Positions 1 to 13,450 of a stretch of DNA of 64,000 bases are shown piece by piece (the stretch's first letter is position 1; the number at the start of each line of letters is the position of its first letter). Location of the stretch: positions 1,798,001 through 1,862,000 of the forward strand of contig CM120646.1 of the NCBI GenBank assembly GCA_051362555.1, given 5' to 3'. The position numbers were made by a program, and so were the translations under genes. This DNA comes from Lingula anatina (taxonomy: Eukaryota > Animalia > Brachiopoda). Under the pieces are notes generated by a model. The model saw only the letters and a program-made list of their open reading frames with translations, was not told the DNA's origin and ran no database searches.

Positions 1-279
1 ATTTCACTAGGCCCCTGTCACCACTTAATGTCACTGAGACAAGAAAAACTCCATAGTAACATATAATATTAAGAGTCACTCATAATTACAACAAAAATTT
101 GAGAATGAATGAACAAGTTTAACTTGATATGGATCAATCAAAATTTAATACTTCAACTTCTGAAAAAGTTTTTATAAGATGGCAGAAAATTTTTTTCAGC
201 TAATTTACAGTATTAAAAAATAGTGAGTGTGTGTGCTCACACATATTTGTGTGTCAGAGAACGCATGCATGCGCCATAC

Positions 280-360
280 CTGCGTGTAGCACCAGTTTTC
301 AGCCACAGGGCACGACATCTCTGATGGCGGTGGCGTAGGGACCCGCGACACGGCGGCCAT
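280..360 (-). CDS. SPOP: Speckle-type POZ protein (SPOP/roadkill), first coding exon; gene continues left of the window
   Basis: ATG at 360 gives MAAVSRVPTPPPSEMSCPVAENWCYTQ, matching the SPOP N-terminus (SRVPSPPP..EMS.GPVAESWCYTQ). Phase-0 GT donor at 279-278; acceptor (cttgcag) at 501-500, so the exon is 280-499. Confidence 0.92.
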
Positions 361-1004
361 GTTGTGGTGCTGCGCCTCCCCGGAGTGGCCGCTCGGCTGC
401 GAGGATGGTTGCGGCTGCTCCGTGGTGGACGCCAACGTTACTGCCTCACCAACTAAACACTAAACACACTCCTGCTCTTTGCCTCGCCTTGGTAGCTTTC
501 TGCAAGTAGAGAAATGCCAAGAGATTACAATGAGACTAGGCTAGGACATAAATATTCATTTCTTCTGAAATACCATTACAACTATACTGTATAACTAACA
601 AGCCTAATTTATCCAAAAATCACTAAAACATTGGTCCAGTCTGAAAGCTTAACATCCATAATTAACATACCTAAAAAGCTCTACACCAAATATCCAATGT
701 TTAATAAGTTTAATTTTAGATGTGGGCATGTCATTATCTGTATTACTGAGCCATGAAAGTTTTCTGAGAATAATTCATTTCCAACAACATCTGGTTTTTC
801 ATTGCAAGCTGTCGCCCTGGAAAATTACACTTATCATTGACTAAAGCAGATATACATAGAAAAGGGCACAGAGACAGACAGACAGACAGACAGACAGAGA
901 GAGATATTTTACCTATCATATTATTACTATCATTGTTGTTGATCAGATAACAACAAAGCCCAGAGTCTTTGGGTATTCAGACATGTCAAATGTTGAAATC
1001 AGCA

Positions 1005-1330
1005 TGATCTCAGACATAAACTAATCTTGGTCTGAACACAGCTGAAGGTCAACATTTCGGACAAACTTTTTCCTGGTCTGAACACAGCTGAGGGTCAACA
1101 TTTCAGCCATAAGGTAATCCTGGTCTGAACACAGCTGAAGGTCAACATTTTAGCTATAACCTAATCCTGGTCTGAGCACAGCTGAAGGCATACCAGTAAG
1201 GTAATTCTGGTTTGAACACGTCTACAAGTCACTACTTCTGATAAACTAATTATTGACTGGGCAAAGCTAAAAGCAACCATCCCAAACATAAATTACTCCT
1301 TGTGTGAACAGGGATGAAGGCCAATAACTC
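1005..1330. repeat. ~46-47 bp degenerate minisatellite in SPOP intron
   Basis: ggtctgaacacagctgaaggtcaacattt recurs at ~1029, 1075, 1122 and 1169, decaying on both sides. Confidence 0.8.
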
Positions 1331-1876
1331 AAAACAATGCATGCTCAATTACTACGAATGGGCAGAATACTATACAATCAGTGGTTGGCCAGATGATGTA
1401 CACACCCAGTCCTGAGCAGCAAGAGTGCACCTGTACCAAGTTGGGGGACAGTCACCTATTTGTACTGAAATCAAAATACTTTTAGCTTCAGGCCAACAAT
1501 TTAGCTCTACCTAAACCCAGATGAATAAGAAGTTTTCCACTGAAATTAGGACCTTTGTATACAGAAATGATAAATGGCTCGGGCTGTAGATCGATATTTA
1601 CTAGTACTTTATCCAAGTTGTGTAATACAGATTTACTCTGGATTACACAGAGCACTTCTACATCGATGTCATGTCTCACAATATTAATGTTTAAAAAAAT
1701 GTCACATCTCACAGCACAATCCACTGTTAAAACTAGCTCTTCTAGTGAAGGTGACACCTATATTGACAGTCAGTTTCACTATACATACAGTATACAAATA
1801 ATTGATACAGATCTACACTATCCGCGGCACGCACAGCACTCTGAAGATCAAACAGAGGTCACTAAGTACATGTATA

Positions 1877-2215
1877 CTACCTGGACTAGTTATGCTAAAA
1901 GCAGTGCTATTGTTTAACATACGGAATGGACTTAATTACCTGGACTAGTTAGACTAAAAGCAGTGCTAATTGGTAAATATGAGATCAGGAATGAAGTTGT
2001 CATCAAACTGTAGAGTGTTCAACACATGGAATGGACTTAATTACTAACCTGTACTATGCTAATTGGAAAATTTGAGATCACGAATAAAGTTTTTATCAAA
2101 ATGTAGAGTGCAATTGTTAAACATACGAAATGGACTTAATTACATGTACTAAGCTAAATAGTAAATTGTTGGGGTACTTATAACTTGGGAATGAAGTTTC
2201 ATCAAACTGCAAACA
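1877..2215. repeat. degenerate ~100 bp tandem repeat
   Basis: acatacggaatggacttaattac recurs at ~1917, 2022 and 2121; acctggactagtta..ctaaaagcagtgcta is duplicated. Confidence 0.65.
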
Positions 2216-2959
2216 TCAGTGAGGGTCCCATTGGGGAGGGGGGGGGGAGAGAGAGTAGTAATCACAATTCACTATTCATTTATCACTGAATGTGAGTTGA
2301 AAATCAGGCATCACTGAGTTAAATGCCTTTCTGTGATGTGACAAATATGAAAAATAAAAAGCAGCATTCACAAGTCACAGGAATGGGATGCGGCACAGGT
2401 CACGCGATAAAATGAACGTTTGAAAAATACTTATTTTACATTTCCATTTCCTTTCAGTTTTTTTTTCTTTTTTATATCCATCATTTTTACTGAGATCACA
2501 GAACTTCTCCACATTTGTCTGTTACTTCTGTACTTTCATCATGCTGTTACTGTACAAACTTTAACATAGGTAAATGATTGATAAATGAAAGCATTTATCA
2601 TGCACAAAAGATACCAAACATTCCATTTTTGCCACATGCAAGTAAATTATTAAGTGACTATATATGTCACTATCTGACACACACAAATTTAATTCCAATT
2701 CCACAGCTAATTTTTTTCCATTAAAGACAATAAGTGGCTTCAAAAAGGCATCAATTTTCCACATAAACAACCAATAAACAGGTACCCCAACAATATAAAA
2801 GTACTCTGAAAGTACGCAATTTTCCAAACAACTATTAATCATGACTTCCCTGAAGTAGTTTACAAATCAAGAACCTAATCTAACCATCACAGGGAGAAGA
2901 GAATCTTCATGCTGGTTCGAGAAAAAATAATTCAAACCACAAATTAGACTAAAAGGTAG

Positions 2960-3282
2960 CATCAGATGACCAGATAGATCAACCAGGAACTAGTCAGATT
3001 ACCAGACAGATCAACCTGGAATTAATCAGACAACCAGATAGATTAACCAGGAACTAGTCATATTACCAGACAGATCAACCTGAAACTAATCAGACAACCA
3101 GGCAGATCAACCAGGAACTAATCAGATTACCAGACAGATCAACCATGAACTAATCAGATGACCAGACAGATCAACCTGGAACTAATCAGATTACCAGATA
3201 AATCAACCGGGAACAAATCAGTCAACCAGACAGCTCAACCAGGAACTAATCAGATAAACAGACAGACCAACCAGGGACTAAG
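2960..3282. repeat. 32-bp minisatellite (~10 copies)
   Basis: Unit accagacagatcaaccaggaactaatcagatt repeated head-to-tail. Confidence 0.9.
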
Positions 3283-5636
3283 GTGTCTGAGGCAAAGTAA
3301 TATCTCCACAATATCAGGTCCTGTCCTTAGGTTTGCTTTCAGCTGTTCCTACCAATCTAAAAAAAATTCGTAAATGGGGCGTGTTGGGCAAGGGGACTGC
3401 CTTCATTTAAGCTTCTCTCACTTGATCTCTCAACAACTTTTAATACAGATAAGTATAGCATACAATGCGAAAAGGGCCTCAGTGGGTCAAAGCACATGAA
3501 GACATTTTACAGGTTAGCATCAGAGAAAAGGAAACCCAGAAAATACTTGGAAGAATATGTCATTAATAAAAGGTTTATTTGCCAGAAGACATATTGGATG
3601 GCAAATATCACCAGGTTTATACAACAGAAAGTTATCCAAACACAAGCAATAAAATTTACATGCCTCACTAGTTTCTAGCCACCAAGATCAATGTGAGACA
3701 GGAGCTGAGATGACTGACCGATTTCATCAACACTGGATTGTGCTATCCTACCAATAACATGTATTACCCTTGTATACTGCAAAGGTGCTAAACCTATTCA
3801 ATTTATTGGTAGAACAAATGAACATTGATGGTAATTCTCGAATAATTTTTGTAAAAATGAATGCTACTGGATTCAAAGAGAGAGAGAGAGAGAGAGAGAG
3901 ATGATTTCACTTATGTTTACAATAAAACTTTCTGTGTTGAACAAAACATAATTACCTTGTCTATAGCAACATGGATAGCAGCCAATAACTGGTAATAACA
4001 GAATGCTCTACCTCTCTAATGCCTTTATAATGAATAACTTAACACCCACGTTCAGCAGCCCACTAGTACTTTATATATCAGGTCATCTAAACAAAGAATG
4101 AATGTACTTTACTGCTAAAATTAACTGCATATAATTACTGGTATATCTATGTGATTTTAATTGTTCTATTTACTGTACGTTTTTAATGACATGCACACTA
4201 AGATAGGGTCCGTATTAAAATCTGTATCTTCTGACAATGAGGGCACTTTATTTTAACAGCCTCTGTCTGCCGCCCTGGCATTCAAGGTATGCAGATAAAT
4301 GTTCTTAAGATATTACAACCTGCCACCGGTCTTAAAGTTAAAGTAGACCAAGCTCATACACAGCCCCAGGGTAATGCTGGTGCTAGGCCTGGACCAGCTT
4401 CACAAAACCCAGCCAAGAAATCAGTCTAAACTTCAGAATGAAAAATGTGGTCACCACCAGTTTTAAATGGGCCTCAGGCCTTTTTTCTGAAAAGTGGACA
4501 TTATTTTTTCCATCAGCTGAACCAACCTGAGCAACAGTACAGAACCTACATTATATAAAATTCATTTTGATTCACAGGGGACCTTTTCATATAAAAAGGA
4601 CAGGTTTGTTTTTTAGAACTCCTAACCCCTTCCCAGCCAACAGGCTTGGCGCTATCCAATAAATACATTCCAGCTTTCTAACAAAATCAATTTTTCTGCC
4701 ATTTAAGGACGTTACCTCTGAGAAAAAAAACCCTGCACATGATGTGACACTGATTTGTTCTTTTGTCCATTATCATCCATTCCTAATCTCAATATCTGCT
4801 TTTTTTTTCTTCACATCTCAACAAGATGTGTGCTATTTCATAATCAAATAACCATCTATGCATGAAATTTCCTGGTAAGAGAACGGCTGTGCTTGAATAC
4901 ATTGCCCTATTTCAGTGGTGTAATTTAGATATAAAATGCAGTTGTATTTCAAGGTTATGTCTAGACTCGAGACAGAAGATTACATACTACAGTACACTTC
5001 CCCCCGAAGACAGTTCAAAATGGATTAGCATGTACTTTAACTGAGATACCTTATCTGACTGGATTCTATACATCAGAAAACTCTGTAGGTTACATACTTT
5101 TCCACAAGAAACAAACTTCATAATATCAAACTTCATAATACCTAGAAAACTTTTTAACTAGCCTACAGATTAGAAACTCTTTACAGTGAACAGCATAGCC
5201 CCTGGTCCCATAGACATTTCTATGAAAATATGATTTAGATTAAAAAATTTTATTTCTATGCCCACAGGCACCCCTAGCTTTGTGAACACCTGTGCTGTTT
5301 AGTTGGCTGATATTGCCAACATTTCAGTCTATGAGACTAAATAAAAGTGTATGGACTCCCAGAACCTCAAAGACCAATGTCAAAGGAATCATTCAACTCT
5401 ATGTAGCACACTGAATCTGCCTTTTACTTTCGCACAACTGTCCTTTTTGTTTTTAAGAACAAACCAAGAGACCAGCTAGACTGGCAATACTAGTAACAGT
5501 TTCCATGCACAATGCAGCAAAATAGGTTATAAAATAATGCCAGCTTCCTTGTAGCCACAGATGCAAACTGATATTGGCTTAGAGCTGACTTAGTAATCAT
5601 ATGTCAGGTAAAATGTGTCCACTAAATGATCAACTG

Positions 5637-6600
5637 CAGGCCTTCCCAACTACCAGACTCGGCACCTACGGGTCCAGAATAAACCGGTATATCTGACCAC
5701 ACTACCCGTTTTCAAGGTGTGTGTCAGATCGCATAAAAGAGTATCATACCCTATCACAAATTCTGTAAGCCTACCTGTCATCCGGGTATCGCGCCTCGTT
5801 TTCGTCAAGTAGGCGTCGCATGAATACAACAGACGACTCCCTCAATCAGGGGGTGGAAACGCGCTACTTATATGATTAAGACGAGCCTAGCCGTCAGTAC
5901 CGGTTATTGTTTTGTGACCTTGAGGAGCAATTAGGTTTGGTCGTTGCGGCACGCATCAACAGTAGTTGAACTACCACACCTGGGTCTTTTGTTTTTGACA
6001 ACTGTTCACTCGTCATCGAGGCGCTTGTTCAAGACTACAGGCTGATATCTACTAGTACTACCAGTGGCTTCATTAGTAACGTTCCCACAGTACTTAAGTT
6101 TTCTGTCCGTGCGTACAAACCCTGAAAAAGGACAGCCTCGCTGACGAGAACAATGGACGTTTCTCACCCCTCTCTAGGATTACCCCTGCCCTCAATCTCG
6201 TCCATCCCGGTAGTCACGAAAATATTTAACCCCCGACAGAATATGCTTCTGCTATCAAAATTAGGTCTACTTTTCTAAATTAATATATAAGTTTGCAAGT
6301 TCTTATTTACAAAACATCAATGGCTATGTCCGAACCTAAATTTTATGTTAAAAATTGCGGTACTGTCAGATTTTAGCATAAACAGAGAAAATTGCAGCAG
6401 CGCATGAATCTAGATGAGATGCACTACTTTCCAACCCCGCTTAGGATCATTGCTATCACATCGCGCACCAGGCAAAATCGGTGTGGAGGCTGATACTCTG
6501 TAATGCGATCTGACACACACCTTGAAAACGGGTAGTGTGGTCTGATAAACCGGTTTATACTGGACCCGTAGGTGCCGAGTCTGGTAGTTGGGAAGGCCTG
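5637..6600. mobile_element. 964-bp non-autonomous DNA transposon, hAT-like with 5-bp TSD
   Basis: 98-bp TIRs (5637-5734 and 6503-6600, ~3 mismatches) starting CAGGCC; AACTG direct repeat at 5632-5636 and 6601-6605; CpG-rich relative to the host intron. Confidence 0.9.
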
Positions 6601-6699
6601 AACTGTTTACCTGTTTGCTGAGCGGTCAGTCTAGAATCTTGTTAGAGAACAGATGTCTGACCCTTTCTTCAACTGATCACAGCCTGGTAGCCCAAGTTG

Positions 6700-6862
6700 T
6701 GTTCACATCAGATTTAATATAAGTTGTGTGTACAGACAAGGACTTCCATTAGACCCATGCTTAGTCGCGTTCACAACAGATTTGACTTCAGTTGTGTGTA
6801 TAGACAAGATGATTTTCATGAGGTTTAACTTAAGCTGTATACAAAGGCAAGATGATTTCCAT
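6700..6862. repeat. degenerate ~65-bp tandem repeat (about 3 copies)
   Basis: cagattt....agttgtgtgta.agacaag recurs. Confidence 0.55.
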
Positions 6863-6936
6863 AAAACTCAATAAGTCATCTCATTACCCCAAAAAATTTA
6901 CCTGCCTTGTGAAACATGCCCCTGATATGCCCCCCT

Positions 6937-6939
<3 letters not shown>

Positions 6940-6993
<54 letters not shown>
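6940..6993. repeat. (CA)n microsatellite
   Basis: Perfect dinucleotide run. Confidence 0.98.
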
Positions 6994-6997
<4 letters not shown>

Positions 6998-7469
6998 ACA
7001 GCTTTGAGACCAATGCACTCCCAACCTCAAATCAACCCTGTAGTTTGCCTACAGATCTATCAAGCCTTTATCAAAGCCACTTTCATGAACTTGTAAAACC
7101 TATTTAGATTTGCCCAGTTATCATGAAACAATACACATTTATCTTATCTTAACAACAATTGAATCAGTGTGATTTGAAAAAAAAATTGCAATCTATTTCA
7201 ACGAATGAAGGGGAAAAGTTACTGAAACTTTTCTGCTTAGTGGCTACACACATTTTGACAAATCTAGAATTCTTGGCTAACTTCACCATGGATACAAAAC
7301 TTTGACCAATTTACCCCTGTTAAAGTACATTTCACTGGAATGTGGTCCCTATGATCAATCACCGAATTACCCCAAGACACAAATGTAATTTTGGAAAGGC
7401 AGTTCATTTCTGCTCTTAGAACATAAATTGTAAGACCACAATTCCATTGGAAACATTATTACAAGCAAA

Positions 7470-9452
7470 AACAAGGCAGCAAAGCTGTCAAATGTACAGA
7501 CAAAAAGCAGGAAATAACTATGCACAAAATAGGCTACTGTCAATTCTGATGCAAAAGTACATTATGTTAAACTGCAAATTCAACATCAAATTTTAATTAT
7601 GCTCAACAGGTAATACCAATGTAAGTAAAATGTGTAACAAGCATAAGGCTTCAGGCCCATGGCAGTTCAAGTTCACACTTTTCCAGAAAAAGAAGCCAAT
7701 TAGACTGCTTTTCCATCTCAGGCTGCATTTTAGTCCTGTATTTCTTTTCTGAACATTTGGCAATCATCAGTAACATGGTTTTCCCATAATGGTCATCATG
7801 GCAGCAGCACCCAAAATTGTGTTTTCTTCTATTCTGATGCAATATTACATAGTGGTTAACAGCATAATGACCGTCAATTTTTAATAATAAAATATACGTA
7901 TCATGGATTTTCAGAAAATGTGACTAGCATGAGTCTTCAAGCCCATGGAACTTCAAAGTCACACCTTGAAAATGCCAATATGTGAAAAATTAAATTTTCA
8001 CAAAAAAAAAAAACTGTTTAACTAGCAGAAAGAATTACCAAACAGACTGCATTGCCTACTGAAGCTGTATTTTAGTCCCATGTTTCTTTCCTGTAAGTTT
8101 GAGAACAGTAAGTGACATGATTTTTCTTAAATGGACATCATGGGAGCAGTGCCCAAAATATTTTTTTTCCAAATTTTGATGCAATATTACATAACATTTA
8201 ACAGCATAAAGACCATCAATTTTTTATAATAAAATATTAGTATTATGGATATTCAGAAAATGTGACTAGCAAAGGTCTTCAGGCCCATGGAACTTCAAAG
8301 TCACAACTTGAAAATGCCAAAATGTAAACAAGACAGCACTGTTCTGAAATGTTTTTTTTTCCATTTTTACACTTTTTTAACATAAAACAAAATTAACAGT
8401 TTACTGCCACTTTTATAAGATCAACTAAGAAAATTGATGAGATGTGAAAAATATCAATAGAACAGTGTCAAATGTTCAATTTCCTCCATTCTGAGTTTCT
8501 GAACATAGTGAATGATTGAATCTTACAAACTGCAATGATATGAGTTTATTTCCATTTTTGACACCTTATTACACAATACACGATTACAAGTTTACCATCA
8601 TTTTTACGTTATCAACTAACAATGTTGTAAAGATGCAGAAAATGTCAAACAAACACTTTTACATATCTTATTAATTAAATAATGAGACTGTTAACATGCC
8701 TAAGAATTGAATCTGAGGAAATGTGAAAAAACAGCATAACTTATAAAATAATGGTCTGATTATGCTGATTTTCGAACTTGACCTGCGTTTTAGTAAGATT
8801 GATTACTCCTGTGAGTTTCATGACAACAGGCCTATGGGTTTTCCTTGAAATGTGTTAACAGTGTTGCATATATGCTGAAAAGTGAAAAAACAGCACAACT
8901 ACTAAAATAGTGGCCCGATCATGCCGATTTTCGAACTTGACCTGCGTTTTAGTAAGATTGATTACTCCTGTAAGTTTCATGACAACAACCCTATGGGTTT
9001 TCCTTGAAATGTGTTAACAGTGTTGCATATATGCTGAAAAGTGAAAAAACAGCATAACTACTAAAATAGTGGCCCGATCATGCCAATTTTCGAACTTGAT
9101 CTGAGTTTTAGTAAGATTGATTACTCCTGTGAGTTTCATGACAACAGGCCTATCAGTTTTCCTTGAGATGTGTTAACAGTGTTGCATATATGCTGAAAAG
9201 TGAAAAAACAGCATAAATTCTACAATAATGGCCCGATCATGCTGATTTTCGAACTTGACCTGTGTTTTATGAATATTCATCAGCTCTGTAAATATAAAGC
9301 CAAAAAGTAAAACTGTCTTCCACTTATGGTGTTAACGCTGAAAGTGCACGGCGACGGCGACGGCGACATGATCGGCGACAGCGACGGCGACGGCGACGAC
9401 AGACGCAGGTGATGGCAATATGTACAGACACATCTGTGTCTGTACATAAAAA
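7470..9452 (-). mobile_element. Helentron-associated non-autonomous element (HINE/DINE-like), family 2, copy A
   Basis: In element orientation: T-run, 5' hairpin TGTACAGACACA-ga-TGTGTCTGTACA, (GTCGCC)n microsatellite, ~159-bp tandem repeats (8770-9260), longer ~300-bp repeats, 3' subTIR TGTCTGTACAT, short hairpin gacagc-ttt-gctgcc. Reverse-complement match to 32554-34772. Confidence 0.85.
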
Positions 9453-11489
9453 ATTGTTGCATGCAAAGTTGTTGAGGTCTGGTCATACTTTTAGAAATCC
9501 CATGGAAATAAAGTTAGACAATTAACCTCTTGCACCAAGTAAACTGGTAGTTCAAGGAATCGATGCATAGAGACATTCCCTCTGAAACTTCTGAAATATG
9601 TGTGATACAAATATAAGACAGTCAACAAAAAATCAATTTCCCATAGAATTAAGCAGCCATGTGAAACACTTAGCGTAATACAAAACAAGGAACTTAATAG
9701 TTCTTTCTTGGAAAACCTTTTAGTACTGTCTGATTCAATGACAACTGTCCCTCCCTTTCTAAGTCCTCCTCAAAACTAACAACTATAGATAACATCATTA
9801 CCATCACTCAGTTGGGATTTGATCCCCCCTCCCCCACACCAAACTTTCAACTTAAGGTCCCATGTTTGACAAGACAACCTGGCCGTCTTCTGATGTCAGC
9901 TACACTACCACCAGTTAAGGTCAAACAAGGTCTTAAGGTCACCTTAATGAATATTGCAATATTTAATATCTCATACTTTCCTTGTGGACATATTAATATC
10001 CATTTCCTCCTTTAGCTTCCTGCTTTCTTATTCCCTACACCAGAGATGCCAGTTTCATCTTTCAAGTTGCACAATTTTTTTAATGAATTCCTCATTTCTT
10101 ACTATATTCAGGTGAACAGTATTTTTTATGTTTTACAATAGGTTTACTTCTATCACTACAACTGGTAACCCCCATAGTTAACATTTAAATATCATCTGAC
10201 AGAAATAACTAACCTGGATGAGGTATGAAATAAATATGAGTACCCATGACAATCAAGAAATAATATGACAGCTTGTTAAGAATTCCCATCAAAGGCCACC
10301 CAATCTCATGTATTATTGATAAAGTATTCACTGCAATCAAATGCCAGATCTTCATTATGTTTTCCAGGAAAGTGCAGCAGCACTCGTTTTGTCTGCACGT
10401 GTTCTAAGTCTGAGACTAGAGAGTTCATAAGTTGAAGACAAACTGCCCTGTTTTTTCTACAATCAGTGATGGTGGTTTTGTTGCATGATCATGAGCTCCA
10501 AGGGAAAGAGGATCTAGAACAGTAATAATTTTACCACAGTACAAAACCAAGGCTTTATAATGTTAGTACGTATTAACCATATATTCTCATGCACGTGCCA
10601 TTTAGCAAACAGACATACAGACAGAAAAACAGACAAACAGACGGACAATGAGAAAGCTCAAAAGAGACAAAAACAAAAAGCCAGACAAACACTTTATCAT
10701 AAAATAAAAATAATTTCTATAATAACTAAAGCTATTCAAATGCCTCATATTCTTACAATGATAAATTCTAAGACAATTATGTCAAAAGCTATCCACTGAC
10801 CTGAAACATATCCTCAGTTTGATAGCTCATATCCAATTTTAAGTTCATAGGATCAATAAGGAAGCAGCCAACTTGTGACAGCTATACATAACCAAGTTAT
10901 GAAACTGGCTTCTTTGTGGATTTGTAAAGTTCAAAGAAGCCCAATGGCATTGCTGTTACCCCCGGTGACATTTTGAAGGGTCTAATTGAAGCTTCTAATT
11001 TTCCTGTATATGAAAAAATAAGGTCACCTTGAAGCTGTTGAAATCCTGTGAGGCCGTGTTCATATTGGGACCAACTTAGACTAAAAATTTGACTTAAGTC
11101 GATTGACCAAGTTCAAAACTGGGACCAATTTAGACTGAAATAAGACCGACTTATATCACCATACCATGTTTACAACTAGATTGGAAACATGATGCAAAAT
11201 AAAAATATTAATAAAAAGAGGAAATATTTTAACTGTGAACCACTGTACACAAGTGACCTGTTCTGAGAGGAGAGGTCATGCCATCCCCCCCCTACCCCCC
11301 CCCCCCCATGAACACAGGCCAATTGCGTAGGACCCCCTGGAATGTTGTTTTTTTTTCTTTTCTTTTTTTTTTTTTGGGGGGGGGGGGGTAGTAACTGAAA
11401 ACTTTATTTTAACAAGTCATCCAGTCACAGAAAAAGCCAACTTCAGCTTGAGCAGGCCACCCATGTGCTGTCTCGCTGGCTAAACCCTT

Positions 11490-11831
11490 GGTTGAATCCA
11501 CAACAGCGAAGTAACAGATCCATGGATCAAATAAGGCGACCCACTTAAAAATCCACCTAACAATCCGTGGAGATTATGAGACAAACATTCAAGTGCTGGG
11601 GTAGCGCTAGCAATTTTTTTTTTCTCGCTAAGTTAGCCAAATCACCACATTTTTGTCAATTTGTTATCAAAATGGTTATAATTTGGCTAAAACGTCAAAT
11701 CAAGCCCTTTTTCTTTAGCCAATTTAAGTCAAATAGCATTTGGCTAAATTAGCGAGTGTTAGCGCTACCCCAGAAGTGGGTCAGTCATATTTGCTCCCAG
11801 GACCTGTAAGTCCGCTGTTGTGAACGTGGCC
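11490..11831. mobile_element. old MITE (GGCC-type termini, PIF/Harbinger-like) interrupted by a younger MITE
   Basis: Diverged ~57-bp inverted arms (cacaacagcg...gacccactt / aagtgggtc...cgctgttgtg); related to 12429-12600 and ~12812-12915. Confidence 0.65.
11596..11773. mobile_element. 178-bp MITE with 5-bp TSD
   Basis: TIR CTGGGGTAGCGCTA / TAGCGCTACCCCAG; AAGTG duplicated at 11591-11595 and 11774-11778. Confidence 0.88.
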
Positions 11832-12428
11832 TTTGTGCTCAACCACACCAAAATGTTAATGAAGCCATCTACCAAGCATTAACACCTAAAACATTCTGAA
11901 ACACAGCTACCAAGATGTAGCCCAAGTTACTGTACTGCTGCAGGAAGACAACTCCATTTATCTCAACAAACAAGCAAAATCACTTTCATAATGGTTTCTG
12001 TTTATCATGGGATTGCTCTCATTCATCATGACTAATTCTATTCCTCGTACTGCTGGCATTTTCTGCTATTCACTGACAAAAAGAACATGGGAGGTCTTTT
12101 GTGGTCTCAAACCTTTATGCTTTCCATTTAAAAAGCCCACAGTTTTACTCATATTTAAACATAGCTGAAAACAAATGGAAACATCTTTTGTATCACTTTG
12201 TTTTTGGCAATCTTACATCCATCCATTGATAACTTATTTCTTTCTAATTTTGTTTCAATGCTTGTGTATATGAATATGTTTTACAATATAAAGCAGAATA
12301 ATAAATCACCTTTTCCCTCTTCTTTCTCTCTATATATAAGTGATACCTCCAGCTTTCAGATGTTACTGTCAACATGATGAACTACCTAATGGACACATGG
12401 TTCAAAGAAAGGGCAACATAGTGGCAAA

Positions 12429-12600
12429 GGCCACATTTAGAATAAGAGACTAACTACTCCGAGGGTCAAATACGACCCACCACAAAGCTTGCCATCTAAT
12501 CCCCTAACAGACTCTGAATAGATTCTCTGAGGGGAAGTATTCAGGTGGGTCGGCCATATTTGATCCTCGGACAAGTTAGTCCCCTTTTCTGAATGGGGCC
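12429..12600. mobile_element. PIF/Harbinger-like MITE
   Basis: Diverged inverted arms ggccacattt...gacccacc / ggtgggtc...aatggggcc; flanks aaa/taa; core aagcttgccatctaatcccctaa also at ~12871. Confidence 0.65.
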
Positions 12601-13247
12601 TAAGACATCAGGATGCATGTGTATTCACACACTCAACAGGAAATCAATTGAAATGAGGTCAAACTTGGAACTGAAGTTGAATTTTCAGGTATGCTAGGTA
12701 AGGCTCTCTCAGAAATCCTTTGAACTAGCTGCTCAATTATATCACAACCACGTTTTTTATTTTAGGTAATAAATCTAGCTGCCTTTGTTGTCCCATTCGC
12801 TCACTGCCATTGGCGATATTCACAACAGAGGACCAACTAGTCAGCGGATGAAATATGGAGACCTACTTAAAAGCTTGCCATCTAATCCCCTAATAGACAC
12901 TGAATAGATTAACTGCAGGGATTAAACAAGCAAATTATTTCAAAGGTACATACGAACCGTGGATTCCCATAAATTAAATGTAAAACCACTTCTACTAGTT
13001 TCTTATACGACTCAAATAAATTTGCCATGCCAAGGGATAAACTGAATAGATCACTCGATCAGACGTAAAAGAGCTTTGGACTGCTCCATTCTTTAAATTT
13101 TTGGTTGTAAATTTAACCTACTTTCGTGACCTACTTTTCTGCCCCAGTGACATACAGCATAGCATGCTAGCAGCAAAATCCATTCAAACGTCATTTTCGG
13201 ATAAAATTAAGCAATGCCTTTTGATAATTCTCAGATCTCATCTCTTA

Positions 13248-13450
13248 GGGCGCATTCCCATAGATTTTAGATTGATCTATCCCCGTGGGGCGTCTCACTA
13301 GATTACTGTCAGATAATGCCCGTCCCGCCTACTAAAAGCTGTAAGGGGGTAATTATCTTTTGTGCCTGCTCGACTGATAGCTACTTAGCGTGAACCCCCA
13401 AAGAGTTAGGTTGATCTAGTTGGATCGATCTTATCTCTGGAAATGGGGTC
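13248..13450. mobile_element. PIF/Harbinger-like MITE
   Basis: Diverged TIRs gggcgcattcccatagat / atctctggaaatggggtc, flanked by TTA on both sides. Confidence 0.6.

Noticed and set aside
1555-1917. 120-aa ORF on + strand and 89-aa ORF on - strand
   Set aside because: No recognisable motif or convincing splice context; lies in AT-rich SPOP intron next to tandem repeats.
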